Position numbers and translations under genes: made by a program
The notes under the pieces: model-generated
What the model was told of the DNA's origin: nothing
Databases searched by the model: none
The model's input: the letters and a program-made list of their open reading frames with translations, nothing else
Shown: positions 12,932-26,139 of the stretch, one piece after another
Position numbering within the stretch: position 1 is the stretch's first letter
Layout: every line of letters begins with the position of its first letter
Assembly: GCA_964016885.1 (NCBI GenBank)
Contig: OZ024742.1
Span: forward strand, 187,736,001-187,800,000
Source of the DNA: Eledone cirrhosa
Taxonomy: Eukaryota
Direction of reading: 5' to 3'
Length of the DNA stretch: 64,000 nucleotides

Positions 12932-12977
<46 letters not shown>

Positions 12978-12982
<5 letters not shown>

Positions 12983-13300
12983 ATGATATTAATAGATGTC
13001 AACTATATTTATAAACCATATTTATTTTATTATATATATTTCAAGTGTAACAAATCTTTGGTACGCACTCATCAGATTAATTACAAAGTTTGTTTCATAA
13101 ATATTGACATATCCGGGAAGGAGATCGTATCAGTTCAAGTTTTTCCTGAAGATCTCCTTCCAGGATATGACAATATTTATAACACAAACTTTGTATTATA
13201 TCTGATGAGAGCGTACCAAATTTGTGGTTCCCTTGAAATATATAATAGAATAAATATGGTTTTATAAATATACTTTCCATTTATTAATATCATTGATATT
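12978..13300. mobile_element. Fold-back pLTR (family B) with divergent HHRs at 13025-13080 (-) and 13195-13250 (+)
   Basis: Near-perfect palindrome centred at about 13135; both arms carry CTGATGA...GAAATATATA. Confidence 0.85.
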
Positions 13301-13478
13301 ATACTCCAAAATGTGTCGAGTGTTTAGAATCAGTTATAAATATATATATTTGTAGAATTACCAACAAATTAAATATCCCTTTTGTATATATATATATATA
13401 TATATATATGATTAGATATGTATGAATGTGTTTATATATAAATATATATATATATATATACACATTCATACATATCTA

Positions 13479-13800
<322 letters not shown>

Positions 13801-13877
13801 AAATTAGACATGTATATATATATACATATCTAATGCATAAAATGTACGAATCATTTGGTATTATTAATATTAGAAAA

Positions 13878-14068
13878 TGGCGGTGGATTGAAAGTATCGG
13901 TAGAGGGTCGGACGCCATGCTTTCCAGCATAGTTACGTCCCTTTACGATCTGAGTTCAAATCCTGCCGAGGTTGACTTTGCCTTTCATCCTTACGGGGTC
14001 GATAAAATAAAGTACCAATAATGCACTGGGTTATTGCTGGCCTTGTGCTTAAAGTAGAAACAATTATT
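13878..14068 (+). mobile_element. Full-length MetaSINE-like SINE
   Basis: ggcggtggattg...gagttcaaatcc...gtagaaacaattatta; target duplication attattaatatt. Confidence 0.92.
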
Positions 14069-14118
14069 AATATTCGAAAAACTCAGATTACATTTATATA
14101 TATACATACATAAATTAC

Positions 14119-14184
<66 letters not shown>

Positions 14185-14189
<5 letters not shown>

Positions 14190-14992
14190 TATGTATACGT
14201 ACATACATATATGTATACAGACGTACAATAGTATGTATATATACATACATGCACATATATATATATATGTACGTATGGATTCACCGAACATTTATTATAA
14301 TGCTCGGTGTGTTTGTAAAAAAAAATCCCGAATTAAGCCGTACAATGACTAGCAACCATCGTTGCTCATTTATTCAACACTGACAAAGGAACGCTGTACT
14401 AGTTTCAAGCTTATTATCTATCGTCACCAACGTATACCTTCCTGCCAAATAATTGAATGTCTGAAAGTATATACTTTCCTTATGCATATTAACGGCTGAG
14501 CAGCCTAATTTGCATATCGAGTGAGTTAATCGACCGGGCATACCCAAAACTATAAATGTAAAAAATGAAACGAAATTTCATTTCTCACACTTAGTACGGC
14601 TGTTACTTAAATATAAGTATGTATACGTACATACATATATGTATACAGACGTACAGTAGTATGTATATATATATACATACATGCACACATATATATATAT
14701 GTACGTATGGATTCACCGAACATTTATTATAATGCTCGGTGTGTTTGTAAACAAACATCCCGAATTAAGCCGTACAGTGTCTAGCAACAATCGTTGCTCA
14801 TTTATTCAAAACTGACAAAGGAACACCGTACTAGTTTCAAGCTTATTAGCTATCGTCAGCAACGTATACCATCCTGCTAGATGATCGAACGAATGAAAGT
14901 ATATACTTTCCTTATGCATATTAACGGCTGAGCAGCCTAATTTGCATATCGAGTGTGTTAATCGGCCGGGCATACCGAAAACGATAAACGGG

Positions 14993-14995
<3 letters not shown>
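14185..14995 (-). mobile_element. Tandem dimer of a 432-nt HHR-containing unit (retrozyme/pLTR-like, family F)
   Basis: Two diverged direct repeats with HHRs at 14392-14432 and 14824-14864. Related pieces at 59920-59985 and 60745-60865. Confidence 0.8.
14824..14864 (-). ncRNA. Hammerhead ribozyme (family F)
   Basis: revcomp cgttg-CTGACGA-t agct aata agct t-GAAAC-ta-GTA-cggtg. Confidence 0.8.
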
Positions 14996-15052
<57 letters not shown>

Positions 15053-15182
15053 GTAATCTGAGTTTTTCGAATATTAAGAATAACATTCGATTTGTTCAAT
15101 TATGCAAAGAAGCCTCATTTTAAAAGCCATGTCAGTAGAATGAACCCTTCATTCTTGCTCTTGTGTTGGCATGTAAACAGAA

Positions 15183-15227
15183 CTGCAGACACTAATGTTT
15201 CTAGGCGTCACCCTTCATCGGTACAGC
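15183..15227 (-). ncRNA. Hammerhead ribozyme (family G), core CCGATGA, in a repeat at 15048-15455
   Basis: revcomp ctgta-CCGATGA-agg gtgacg cct a-GAAACA-ttag-TGTC-tgcag. Confidence 0.65.
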
Positions 15228-15629
15228 TCACTGTTCACCTGCTAACTGTCACAGCTAGTGGAAATATAGGATATTTTCAAACGTATACAGTGACTGATCG
15301 AACAACTCAGATTATATTTCTTGTATTCAGCAATAGAATGTGTCAAAGCCGGCCATGTAACGCTCGTATACAGGAAACTGGCCAGTCTGCTGATATGCAA
15401 ATCTAGCTGCTCAGTCGATCTGGTAATATGCAAATGAGGCTGATTAGTCATGGTATATATTTGAAAATAGCATATATTTTATAAATATATATGATTATAT
15501 ATATATATATGTATATATATATGTATATAGACATATATATATATATATAGAGAGAGAGATAGAGATAGAGAGAGATATATTTGTATATATATATATATAT
15601 ATACGTATATATATATTTTTATGTATATA

Positions 15630-15675
<46 letters not shown>

Positions 15676-16193
15676 TAAATATATACGATTAGATATATAT
15701 GTATGTATACATCTATGTATATATGTATATGTCTACACATATGTATCTATATGTATATGCATTTGTATGTATATGCGCGGGGACATAGAAATAGTCGGCC
15801 TGTATATCCGATCGTGCAGTCAAACCACTGGGGATGAAGGACCCACACAAATGTATCTACATCTAAAATCTGGCCTCTCGTGTTAGCACCAGGGAACACT
15901 TTCTTAAGAACTACTAAATTCTAACTCTAAGTACAATATATCACCCTTTCATTTCTTTTATTTCTTTGTATTCTCCCTTTCCTCATCTTCTTCTTATTAT
16001 TTTTTATTGTACCCTACAATGTATCTTACTTGTCACTTTTTACATCTGTAACTTCTCTATCTATTTACGATACATGTTTTATTATTTATGTTATTGTTTT
16101 AATTATACACTGCTCTATTATTGATGTCACTGTTTTGTTTTACGCTACTCCTCTATATAAGTCTTGCCTCGAGTGAATTATTTTCATATCTAT

Positions 16194-16304
16194 GTGCTCT
16201 GATGTGTTGACATGTGGTAAACAATGTATTGGAGCGCGATTGACGCAAACGCAAGCAATTAGCGAACTCTAGACACACCTGATCAACGAAACAATTGTCA
16301 GTAC
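16194..16304 (+). ncRNA. HHR-like motif with ~80-nt stem II (family H)
   Basis: gtgct-CTGATGT-gttga...tcaac-GAAAC-aatt-GTC-agtac. Confidence 0.6.
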
Positions 16305-16361
16305 TTTAAATAAAGCCCTTATTGTACAGCCAACCATGTTACTCTTCTTTCTTTATCTATG

Positions 16362-16445
<84 letters not shown>

Positions 16446-16447
<2 letters not shown>

Positions 16448-16985
16448 GCATGTGACAGCGGCCACACCCCGGTAAACAGCCCGAACCAGGTAGAGGGTAG
16501 CCGGACGGGTCTGAACCCCCCAGTAGAGTTAGATAGGGATGCCTGCCCCTGCATGCGAAGACTGGACCCGGCAGAGTGGATGGAGGAGGACAACATCGTC
16601 CCAACGCTTACAAAGGCGGTGACAGCAAGCGGTGTTGAGCGCTAGGGCACTACAGACGTCGTGGCCATCCACTGCAGCCAAGGATGTCCGTGATCGTGAC
16701 GGACCTTCGTACCACCGGATTCTGGCATGTGCGGCGGAGTGAGTGGGACCGTCACTGTGCACTGCCCCCCCCCCCCCACTATAAACCTTTCCCGCACGGG
16801 TTTCTTCTATAGCGTGCACTCCCAAGGCCCTGCGGCGATAGGTAATTTCTGGGAGTTGCCAGTCTGACTCCGGTCTTTTCCCCTTCCCCCACTGTCCCCG
16901 GAACTGCAATCCACCATCTTGCCCACGGTAGACGGGAACAACAATAAAGAAGATGCCATAATCGTTTACGATGGACAACCAACAT
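16446..16985. repeat. GC-rich island between microsatellites, probable LINE 5' UTR fragment
   Basis: Abrupt GC rise with sharp (TA)n borders and no recognisable protein; family assignment uncertain. Confidence 0.4.
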
Positions 16986-17206
16986 ATATATATATATATA
17001 TGCATATATATATATGATTCGATGTATATGTGTGTATGTATGAATGAAAATAAAAACCACGTCACAGCATGTGTGACGAAAGAACTTTGAGAATATATAA
17101 ACAATGATCTAGTTATCGAACAAACAAGAACATTTATAATAAATCGAAGTGAAAACAAACCGGTGCATCTGTTTTTATTGGCTGTATGACCCTACTAAAT
17201 ATAACA

Positions 17207-17272
<66 letters not shown>

Positions 17273-17273
17273 G

Positions 17274-17353
<80 letters not shown>

Positions 17354-17964
17354 TTAGATATGTGTGTATGTATATATATATATATATATGATTAGATATG
17401 TGTGTATGTATGTATATATATATATATCTATTATATCGATGATTAGATATATATGTGTGTATGTATATATATATATATATATATATATAGCTATTATATC
17501 GATGATTAGATATATGTGTGTGTATGTATGTATATATATATCTATTATATCGATGATTAGATATATATGTGTGTATATGAATTACACAATTATCAAAGTT
17601 ATGTTCAAATCATGTTATTGCTGACAATCGTTTCTTCAAAACTTTCGTTTGGAGTAATCGGAGCATTAGCAATATTTGTATATATAATTAACCTCCTATT
17701 CAACTGAACTATCATATAGATACATATATATCGATTTTGTGAACAACACTTTCGTATTTACAGGATATAATGGATGCAACATATATTATACAAGAATTGT
17801 ACAATAATTAAAATTAAAATTAAAAGCACAGAGTGGAATACATGCGACAGATAATATAAGGTAATAGTCTAATAATTAAAGAGGCATTGAGGAAGAATGA
17901 GGACACTAGGCAGTACATATGCAAGCGTGTAGAGATTGCACATGTGTTAGTCATATATATGAAG

Positions 17965-19830
17965 GAAACAAGCAAAGGTATCGGAAAACTTCATTAGTAA
18001 CCCTTCGATAAGACTAATTTGCCCTTCCAAATCTGACATTGGTATTATGAGCAAGAAAATATTAGATAGGATCATCCCACAGTTTAAGCATAACATATAT
18101 CTTAACCAGTGAGGAAATACAGGTGAAGTTATTGAATGGTTCAAGGATATTAATAAAAAAATTATACAATTTGATATCAATTCATACTACACTTCTATTT
18201 CCTCTATCCTAATAAGGCATTAATTATAGCCTTGAACAATAGTGACCTGACTAGATTCGAAACTGATGTCATCCTTGCGGCTCGAAAAACCATAATTACA
18301 TTTGAAGATCAATTATGGGCCTGCAAGGATACACATAACAACTTTGACATAAAAATGGGATCTAGTGACTCGGCGCAGGTCACTGATTTGGTGGGCCTAT
18401 ATCTACTAAATGAAATTCATAAGAACCTACCCTACCTCAATGGTGGTTTATACCACGATACACTATTCCTTATAGACTATACAAAAATTAATATAGAAAG
18501 AACTAGGAAACAGTTACATAACATTTTCAAAAACTTCAACTTAAGTATAACCTTAGATAAAAACACTAAAAACGTTAACTTCCTTGATGCTACCCTTTGC
18601 TAGGACTCTAAAATATATACACCTTTTCATAAACCAAACGAAAAACTAATTCATGTGGATACCAACTCTAACCACCCTAAATCCATATTAAACTCAATTA
18701 CTAAAGGAATATCTAATAGAGTCTCTAATCTATCATATAACGAAACCATATTTAACAATAATTCCCAATACTATAATGAGGCCTTAGCTAAATCAGGCCA
18801 TACAAATGAATTGAATGTCTACCTAAAAAATCACATAGTTACAACATTATTACTAACAATATGGCCATGAGGAAAAATAATAAAAGTACTAGTCACACTA
18901 ACTCTAATACAAAGGGTAATATGAAACTTAACTTGCACCAAAATAAATACCACAATAATAATATAAACAGAAATACAAATACCTAAAAAAACATTACAAA
19001 AAAACAAAAATAGAAGAAAAGCTAATACATTCTTCAATCCCCTTTCAATCTAAACGTCTCTAACAACTTGCCTAAGGCTTTCTTTTCAATCCTAGAAAAG
19101 AACTTTCCAACCGGTCACAAATACCATAATCTTATCAATAAAAATACCATTAAAATCTCTTACTCTACCACACCTAACATCGCATACCATATAGCTAGTA
19201 GTAATAAAAGGAAGATTAATAATTATTTCCAACTAATTAAAACACAACAGGGGGTAAACTTACAGAACAACATAGTACATGTAAATCCTAGTAGCAATAA
19301 TAATAATAGTAATAGCACTATGTGAAATCAATAACAATAGGAACGACTAGCAACCAGATTTCTACACAACATAGTAACCGGCAAGCAAACAATCAGAATA
19401 ACTGTAACTGTAGAACAAATAGAACTTGCCCCTTAGGTAAACATTGCTCAAACAAAGACATCATTTACTCATGCATGATCAACACAAACAACTCTTCTAA
19501 AACATATATTGGCTCAACTTCGAACTGCTTCAAGACGAGATACGACTCGCACCTCCACTCTTACAAAAATCACAATCTAGCCAACTCCACCTCTTTATCT
19601 AGCTTCATACACTCTCTGAAAATTAGGAATATACCATATACACTTCAATGGGAAGTAGTATGTAGGGCCACATCGTATAAACCATCGAATAAAGCACCGA
19701 ATAAATTGTGTAACCTCTGTCTTCTAGAGACCCGTACTATAATCGTTTCGAAACTAGACCTCCTAAATAGAAAATGTGTTTTCCTCATGCCAGCACCACT
19801 ACCGACACTCTTTCCATAACTTTAAACCTA
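17965..19830 (+). pseudogene. PLE reverse transcriptase + GIY-YIG endonuclease, disrupted
   Basis: FDIKMGSSDSAQVTDLVGLYLL, GGLYHD(D), VNFLDATL, SNHPKSI, TIKISYSTTPNI, CNCRTNRTCPL, TYIGSTSNCFKTRY, LCNLCLLE. Confidence 0.92.
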
Positions 19831-20171
19831 TCTGCTAGTATATAACAATGTCATATATGAATTCCTCACCACCAATAACACTTCACCTCTAGGACTTATC
19901 AGCCCCCACAGCATCACTCTCTTTGATCAGCTCTTTCCTCTGCATAACGCCTATTTATCTCAAACCTTATACTCTACAAATACTATTAGAAATAAAAATA
20001 AAGTTAACACCTTTTAATATAACTACTATAGCTGCCTTATATTATATACAGTAATGGATATATAATATGTAGAGACATTTAATGTAATATGTGATAATAA
20101 ATTATATATACATTTATAATTGAATATATAAATTAATAGCATTGTATATAAGGGATTAACTTTTAACATAA

Positions 20172-20230
20172 TATAATTGTTTCTACTTTAGGCACAAGGC
20201 CAGCAATTATGCCAGTGTATTACTGGTGCT
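20172..20230 (-). mobile_element. Short 3' SINE fragment with ~17-bp TSD
   Basis: cttttaacataatataat is duplicated on both sides. Confidence 0.85.
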
Positions 20231-21625
20231 TTTAACATAATATAATGTATATTAATAACACAAGAGATTTAAATAATTGGACCTGTAAACAGCTATACAT
20301 GTTTCCATAACTTATATCTTGTCCAGTAATGGATAGATAACAATGTAATGAGACCTTTAATGTATTATAGGAAAATAGACTGTATTTAAACTAAATATAA
20401 ATAAATAACATTATATAGACGGGATTCACTTGTAACACAATATAATGTATATTAGAGCAAACAATTTAAATAATTGATACTTTCCTATATAATTTAATTT
20501 AATTTAATTAGCTAGTTACCTCTCCTTACGCATTAGCTCCCCTTAATTTTGGATCTCATACTCACTTCCGGAAATTAAACCGTTAGAAAAACTCGCTGTA
20601 GAACAACTCTAATCCATGGATAAGAATAAAATAAGACCAATTTACAATCCATTGCTACTAACTAAAAACTTTCAATATAAACATTAACTAAAATATAATT
20701 TAACATATGCAATGGAAAAGATAACAATAACTTTGATACTCTCAACACATACACATTTGAACACTACAGAAACAATCATCACATTACATTCCACCATACA
20801 TTTTAATACACTAACACCTTTGCTTGATATGCTTGTATACCTGTGTTATTTTATGTGATACCTTTGCCATACAGTATTTATTTATGCCTAATACATTTGC
20901 TTGTTTCCTTCATATATATGACTAACGCATGTGCACTCTCTACACGCTTGCATATGTACTGTTAGTGTCCTCATTCTTCCTCAATGCCTCTTTAATTATT
21001 AGACTATTCCCTTGTATTATCTGTCGCATGTATTCCACTCTGTGCTTTTAATTTTAATTTGAATTATTGTACACTTTTTGTATAATATATGTCGCATCCA
21101 TTCCACCCTGTAAACACGAATCTGTTGTTCACAACATCAATATATATTTATATATATAATTTTTCAGTTGAATAGGAGGTTAATTATATGTACAAACATT
21201 GCTAATGCTTCGATTACTCCAAACGAATGTTTGGAAGAAACGATTGTCAGTAATAAAATGATTTGAACATAACTTTGAAAATTGTGTAATTTATATTCCT
21301 GCTCTGTAAAACACCGGATGTTGTTACAATAAGCTATTTATGTTACTGACCTTTCCTGTTTATAGTTGTTTATAGTATATACATAACTATAAATAGTATC
21401 ATTATCATTATGTGTGTATATGTATCTATTCTATCTACGATTAAATATATATGTGTATCTATGTATATATAAATATATATAATATTTAAAGGTTAAACAA
21501 GGTTCAATGAATAAATCAAAGAATACAGTTTTACAATAGATTAGAAGCACTCCACAGTTGTTTTCCGGAGTTATTAATATTAATTCAAAATATTAACAAA
21601 AATAGACATCCGCGTGATCAAGTAA

Positions 21626-21690
21626 ATTTTATTATACATATTTCAGAGGTACTGAGTTATCTTCAACAGTACGTCCTCATCAGATAAAAT
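21626..21690 (-). ncRNA. Hammerhead ribozyme (family C)
   Basis: revcomp ttttat-CTGATGA-gg ac gtactg..cagtac ctct-GAAAT-atgt-ATA-ataaaa; degenerate mirror copy at 25554-25612 (+). Confidence 0.8.
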
Positions 21691-23649
21691 AAGATGGTGC
21701 ATGACATACCCTGACTAAGTAGATGGTTAAAATTCAGTCATGGCAATGAATAAGATATGACAAAACTCAATATTTATATACCTTAAGATTGAGACATGAA
21801 AAAATTACATTTAATACAGAGGGTGCGTGTGAGAAAGCTTATAAAGATACATAGTAATAAACAACTACTAATATAATAGAAACTTACATAACTTTTAGAG
21901 ATTCAAATAATTTAAATTATTGAAGAAAGAAGAAGTGAAAGACACAGAGAGAAACAGATGAGGAAAAAGAGGGTTACTAGAAGTATAGAAATATCTTATG
22001 TACGAAAGCAAAAGAAAATTGAATAAGGATAGAGAGACAAGGAAAGATAATGTTTATAGTATAAAGCATAGGGAGGTAGATTTGTATTGTCGTGGATAAA
22101 TAGCGTATAATTAGATGATGCAAATATATATATATAAATAAACATTTGGGCATAGCTTTGTGAATGAATAATTTCTAATCGTTAAATTATCTAGAAATAA
22201 TCAATCAAAATATCAAATATATCTGGGTGTAGTTATTGAGGGTTTATTTTCGAGTCCCTACGTTAGTTAGAAATAGACTATTAATCAATTATATATATCC
22301 CAACGCATCCGGATGACCGTTAAATTTCGAATCATTTATGTTAGTTCAAAATAGTGAATTATCTAAAAGTACAATATTTCAGGCTATAAAATTTATAAGT
22401 ATTTATATTATAGTATAATATAATATTTAAAGTATTTGCAAACATGAGAAAGAAGAGACTTAATATTTTCTTAATCCCGAAGGTAATCTAAATTAAATTA
22501 TATTAAAACAATTTATATTAAAGAATAATCATTATATAATTTAGAAAGTAATTACAATTATAACTTTAAAAATTAACAATTAGAATGCCCTATATCCAAA
22601 GGCCTTATAATTGTACTTAAAAAGGATATTATTAAGCTAGATATACGCATTTGTCTAAATATATACAAAGAGTACATTGTTTAAAGTGTAAGACGATATT
22701 AGTCAGTTATATATAATATAATATAATACAATATAATAAATAAATTACTGTTAATAGTGTTAAAAGTAAGGTTTTACGTCAATTATTATATTAGGATCAT
22801 GTAATACATATATACTATAAATATACAAATCAAACTTCATGAATCATAAAAGATAAGACACAGATTCAAAATAAATACATGAATGGTTTGCGATCCTATA
22901 ACTGTCAATCACATGAGCTATATAATTTAAAAATACAAGAACATTTTTAAGGATCTATATTATAGTATAATATCATATTTAAAGTGTTAGCAAACATGAG
23001 ACAGAAAAGACTTAAGATTTTCATCAATCCGAAGGTAATCCAAATTTAATTATATTAAAAAAAAGTTAAATTAAAAAATAATCATTATATAATTAACAAT
23101 TACAACACTAGAATGTCCTTAAGTATCCAAGGCACTTATAAATGTGCCTAAACGGATGCTATTAAACTAGATATACACATTTGTCTACATACATACAGAG
23201 TATACTGTTTAAAGCTTAAGACGATATTAGTGATTTATATAGATATAATAAATAATAAATACAATTACTGTTTTACATCAATTTAAGTGGAAAAAGTTTG
23301 TCGACTAGGATCATGTACGACACATATACCATAAATATATAAATCAAACATCTTGAATCTTAAAACAACATATTCAAAATAAATAAATGCATCGTCTACG
23401 ATTCCTTATAACTGTCAAACACATAAGCTATATATTTTGAAAGATATAATAAACCGCGAAAAAATTAAATGTGTTTACACAATCAAATGATATGCATATT
23501 CATCAAAAGATCATGTTAACAGTCTATATGTTTATATATTTATATAGAGCAATTAATCATATCGTAAATGAATAAAAAATATTACAATGTTTTATAATCT
23601 GTTATAGTATGATGTTACGCACTCAATTGATAAGAAATGTCAAAAATTA

Positions 23650-24965
23650 AAACTTATTTATTCAATGTTTTTTCCTAACTTTTTGCGAGGCTTGGAATGT
23701 AGAAGAAGCTTTACGCAGGCAATTTGAGAATAATTCACACTTTTTGCTAATTAAATTTTCATAATTAGCAATTATTAATAGGGTCTCCATAGTACACAAG
23801 ATTGCAGTTAGGTGATATTGAAGAAATCAAGTAGATTTGACTATTACACAGCTTTGACCAAGAAATCGATAATTTTAAATTTTTTTTGTTTTAATGACCA
23901 TATAAGTTGTGATAAAAAAGTCGAAGATTTCCTATTAGGATTCGAAAAATAATATTTGTGATTCGAAAATCTTAATTTAAATGTCGATGAAGTTTCACCA
24001 ATATAGTTGTATGTGATGTTATTTGCTTTTACGCTGCATTTATAGACCAGATTGCTATCCAGACAATTATTTCTACAATTACATTTCGATTTACTGTTAT
24101 TACTATAAATTGGACAATTGACATTAACATTGCTAGTACTCTGAAGTGTTCTATTGATAGTGCTTAGATTAATGTTATTGTTATTCCTAGTATTAATATT
24201 GCTAGTGTTATTATATTCATTATCCCTAATTGTTTGTTGGTTATGATTTAGAATTCTACTATTTATTTTTGTAATGTTCTGGGTTATATTCATAGTTGTA
24301 GAATAAGAAAGCTTAATTGTGTGTCTGTTAAATATGGAACGGTATTTATGTTGTATGGGGAAGCATTTATCTACAGCTTTAAAGAGTAGATTTGCGAGTG
24401 GTGTTTTGATTGCTACAGATGCGGGAGGAGCAAACCATATAACTGATTTAGTTCTGATTTTTTTCCCCGATTTATTCATGGTATTGGTGTTTGTAATATC
24501 ATTTTTAGAATCTAGTTTATTTATGTTAGCCTTATTTTTACCAGGATTATAATTCAAATTATTATTATCTATATTATCTATATTATCTATATTATTATCT
24601 AGGGGCTGTGGATTGGCAGTATCGGTAGAGGGTCGGACGCCATGCTTTCCAGCATAGTTACGTCCTTTTACGATCTGAGTTCAAATCCCGCCGAGGTTGA
24701 CTTTCCCTTTCATCCTTACGAGGTCGATAAAATAAAGTACCAGTAATGCACTGGGTAATTGCTGGCCTTGTGCCTAAAGTATAACAATTATTATCTATAT
24801 ATTCAATATTATGTTTATAACCTGCCTTACGTAGCGCGTCATTATAATACCCTGCTTGTTCATCAAATATGGATTTATTAGCGGATATTCTCGTTATGCG
24901 TTTCTGTACACTATTGACTATTGCATTTTACACGGATTTAGGGTGATTAGAGTAGTAGCTAACGT
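23650..24965 (-). pseudogene. PLE RT thumb/linker + GIY-YIG endonuclease, disrupted by a SINE
   Basis: VIWFAPP, KYRSIFNRHTIKLSYSTTMNI, CNCRNNCLDSNLVYKCSV, YIGETSSTFKLRFSNH. Confidence 0.9.
24602..24790 (+). mobile_element. MetaSINE-like SINE inserted in the PLE ORF
   Basis: Full consensus match; attattatctata duplicated at the target. Confidence 0.92.
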
Positions 24966-25774
24966 AATTTAAGGTATATGTATAACGTAAATTATATATA
25001 TATAACGTAAATTAAGATATATTTGATATTTTGATTGATTGATTATTTCTAGATAATTTAACGATTAGAAATTATTCATTCACAAAGCTATGCCCAGATG
25101 TTTATTTATATATATATTTTTACATCATCTAATTATACGCTATTTATCCACGACAATACAAATCTCCCTCCCTATGCTTTATACTATAAACATTATCTTT
25201 CCTTGTCTCTCTATCCTTAATCTATTTTCTTTTGCCTTCGTACGTAAGATATTTTTATACTTCTAGTAACCCTCTTTTTCCTCATCTGTTTCTTTCTCCG
25301 TCTTTCACTTCTTCTTTCTTCAATAATTTAAATTATTTGAATCTCTAACAGTTATATAAGTTTCTATTATATTAGTAGTTGTTTATTATTATGTATCTTT
25401 ATAAGCTTTTTCACACGCACTCTCTGTATTATATGTAATTATTTCATGTCTCAATCTTATGGTATATAAATGTTGAGTTTTGTCATACCTTATTCCCTGC
25501 CATGACTGAATGTTAACCATCTACTTAGTCAGGGTATGTCATTCATCATCTTATTTTATCTGATGGGGACGTACTCTTGAAGATAACTCATTACCTCTGA
25601 AATAAGTATCACACGAATGTCTATTTTTGTTAATATTTTTAATTAATATATATATATATATATATATATATACAAATTTAAGATAATCAAAATTATGGGT
25701 GTCATGCCAGAAAGACATGCGTCATATCACCCGCAAAATAAGCTCTAAGATTCTAACGAATAGGTCCGAGCATT

Positions 25775-25942
25775 TTATAATAACTAGAAATTGATTAACA
25801 TATAAATAAACATGAATAATCACAGGAGATAATTTTTATAAGTGTATAAGCACACATAGCTATGTAGGTAACTAAATAAAGTTAACCAGAACTTCAAAAA
25901 TAGATACATTCATGTTTATTTATATGTTAATCAATTTCTAGT

Positions 25943-25950
<8 letters not shown>
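25775..25950. repeat. Inverted repeat with ~45-bp arms
   Basis: ataataactagaaattgattaacatataaataaaacatgaat vs attcatgtttatttatatgttaatcaatttctagttattat. Confidence 0.75.
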
Positions 25951-26030
<80 letters not shown>

Positions 26031-26139
26031 AATTAGTATATCTACCAACATATATATATACAGATGTATACATATACAAGCAAATATATAGGTTTTGTCT
26101 TAACTTTGTGGTTCAATGCAAGGGAATGCAGAACAATTA

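Larger units (their letters stand above)
17580..21410 (+). mobile_element. Penelope-like element with inverted 5' pLTR (17580-17965) and 3' pLTR (20905-21410)
   Basis: Inverted terminal repeat plus a frameshifted RT/GIY-YIG ORF; a SINE fragment is inserted in the 3' UTR. Confidence 0.9.
21480..25650 (-). mobile_element. Penelope-like element with 3' pLTR (about 21480-22225) and inverted 5' pLTR (25015-25648)
   Basis: About 630-bp inverted repeats, GIY-YIG ORF on minus, internal ~550-bp tandem duplication at 22400-23445. Confidence 0.9.

Noticed and set aside
13878-13970. tRNA gene
   Set aside because: A/B boxes are present, but there is no full cloverleaf and it continues into a SINE body found in about 18 copies
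14185-14995. Assembly artefact duplication
   Set aside because: The two units differ at many positions, so they are a genuine older tandem
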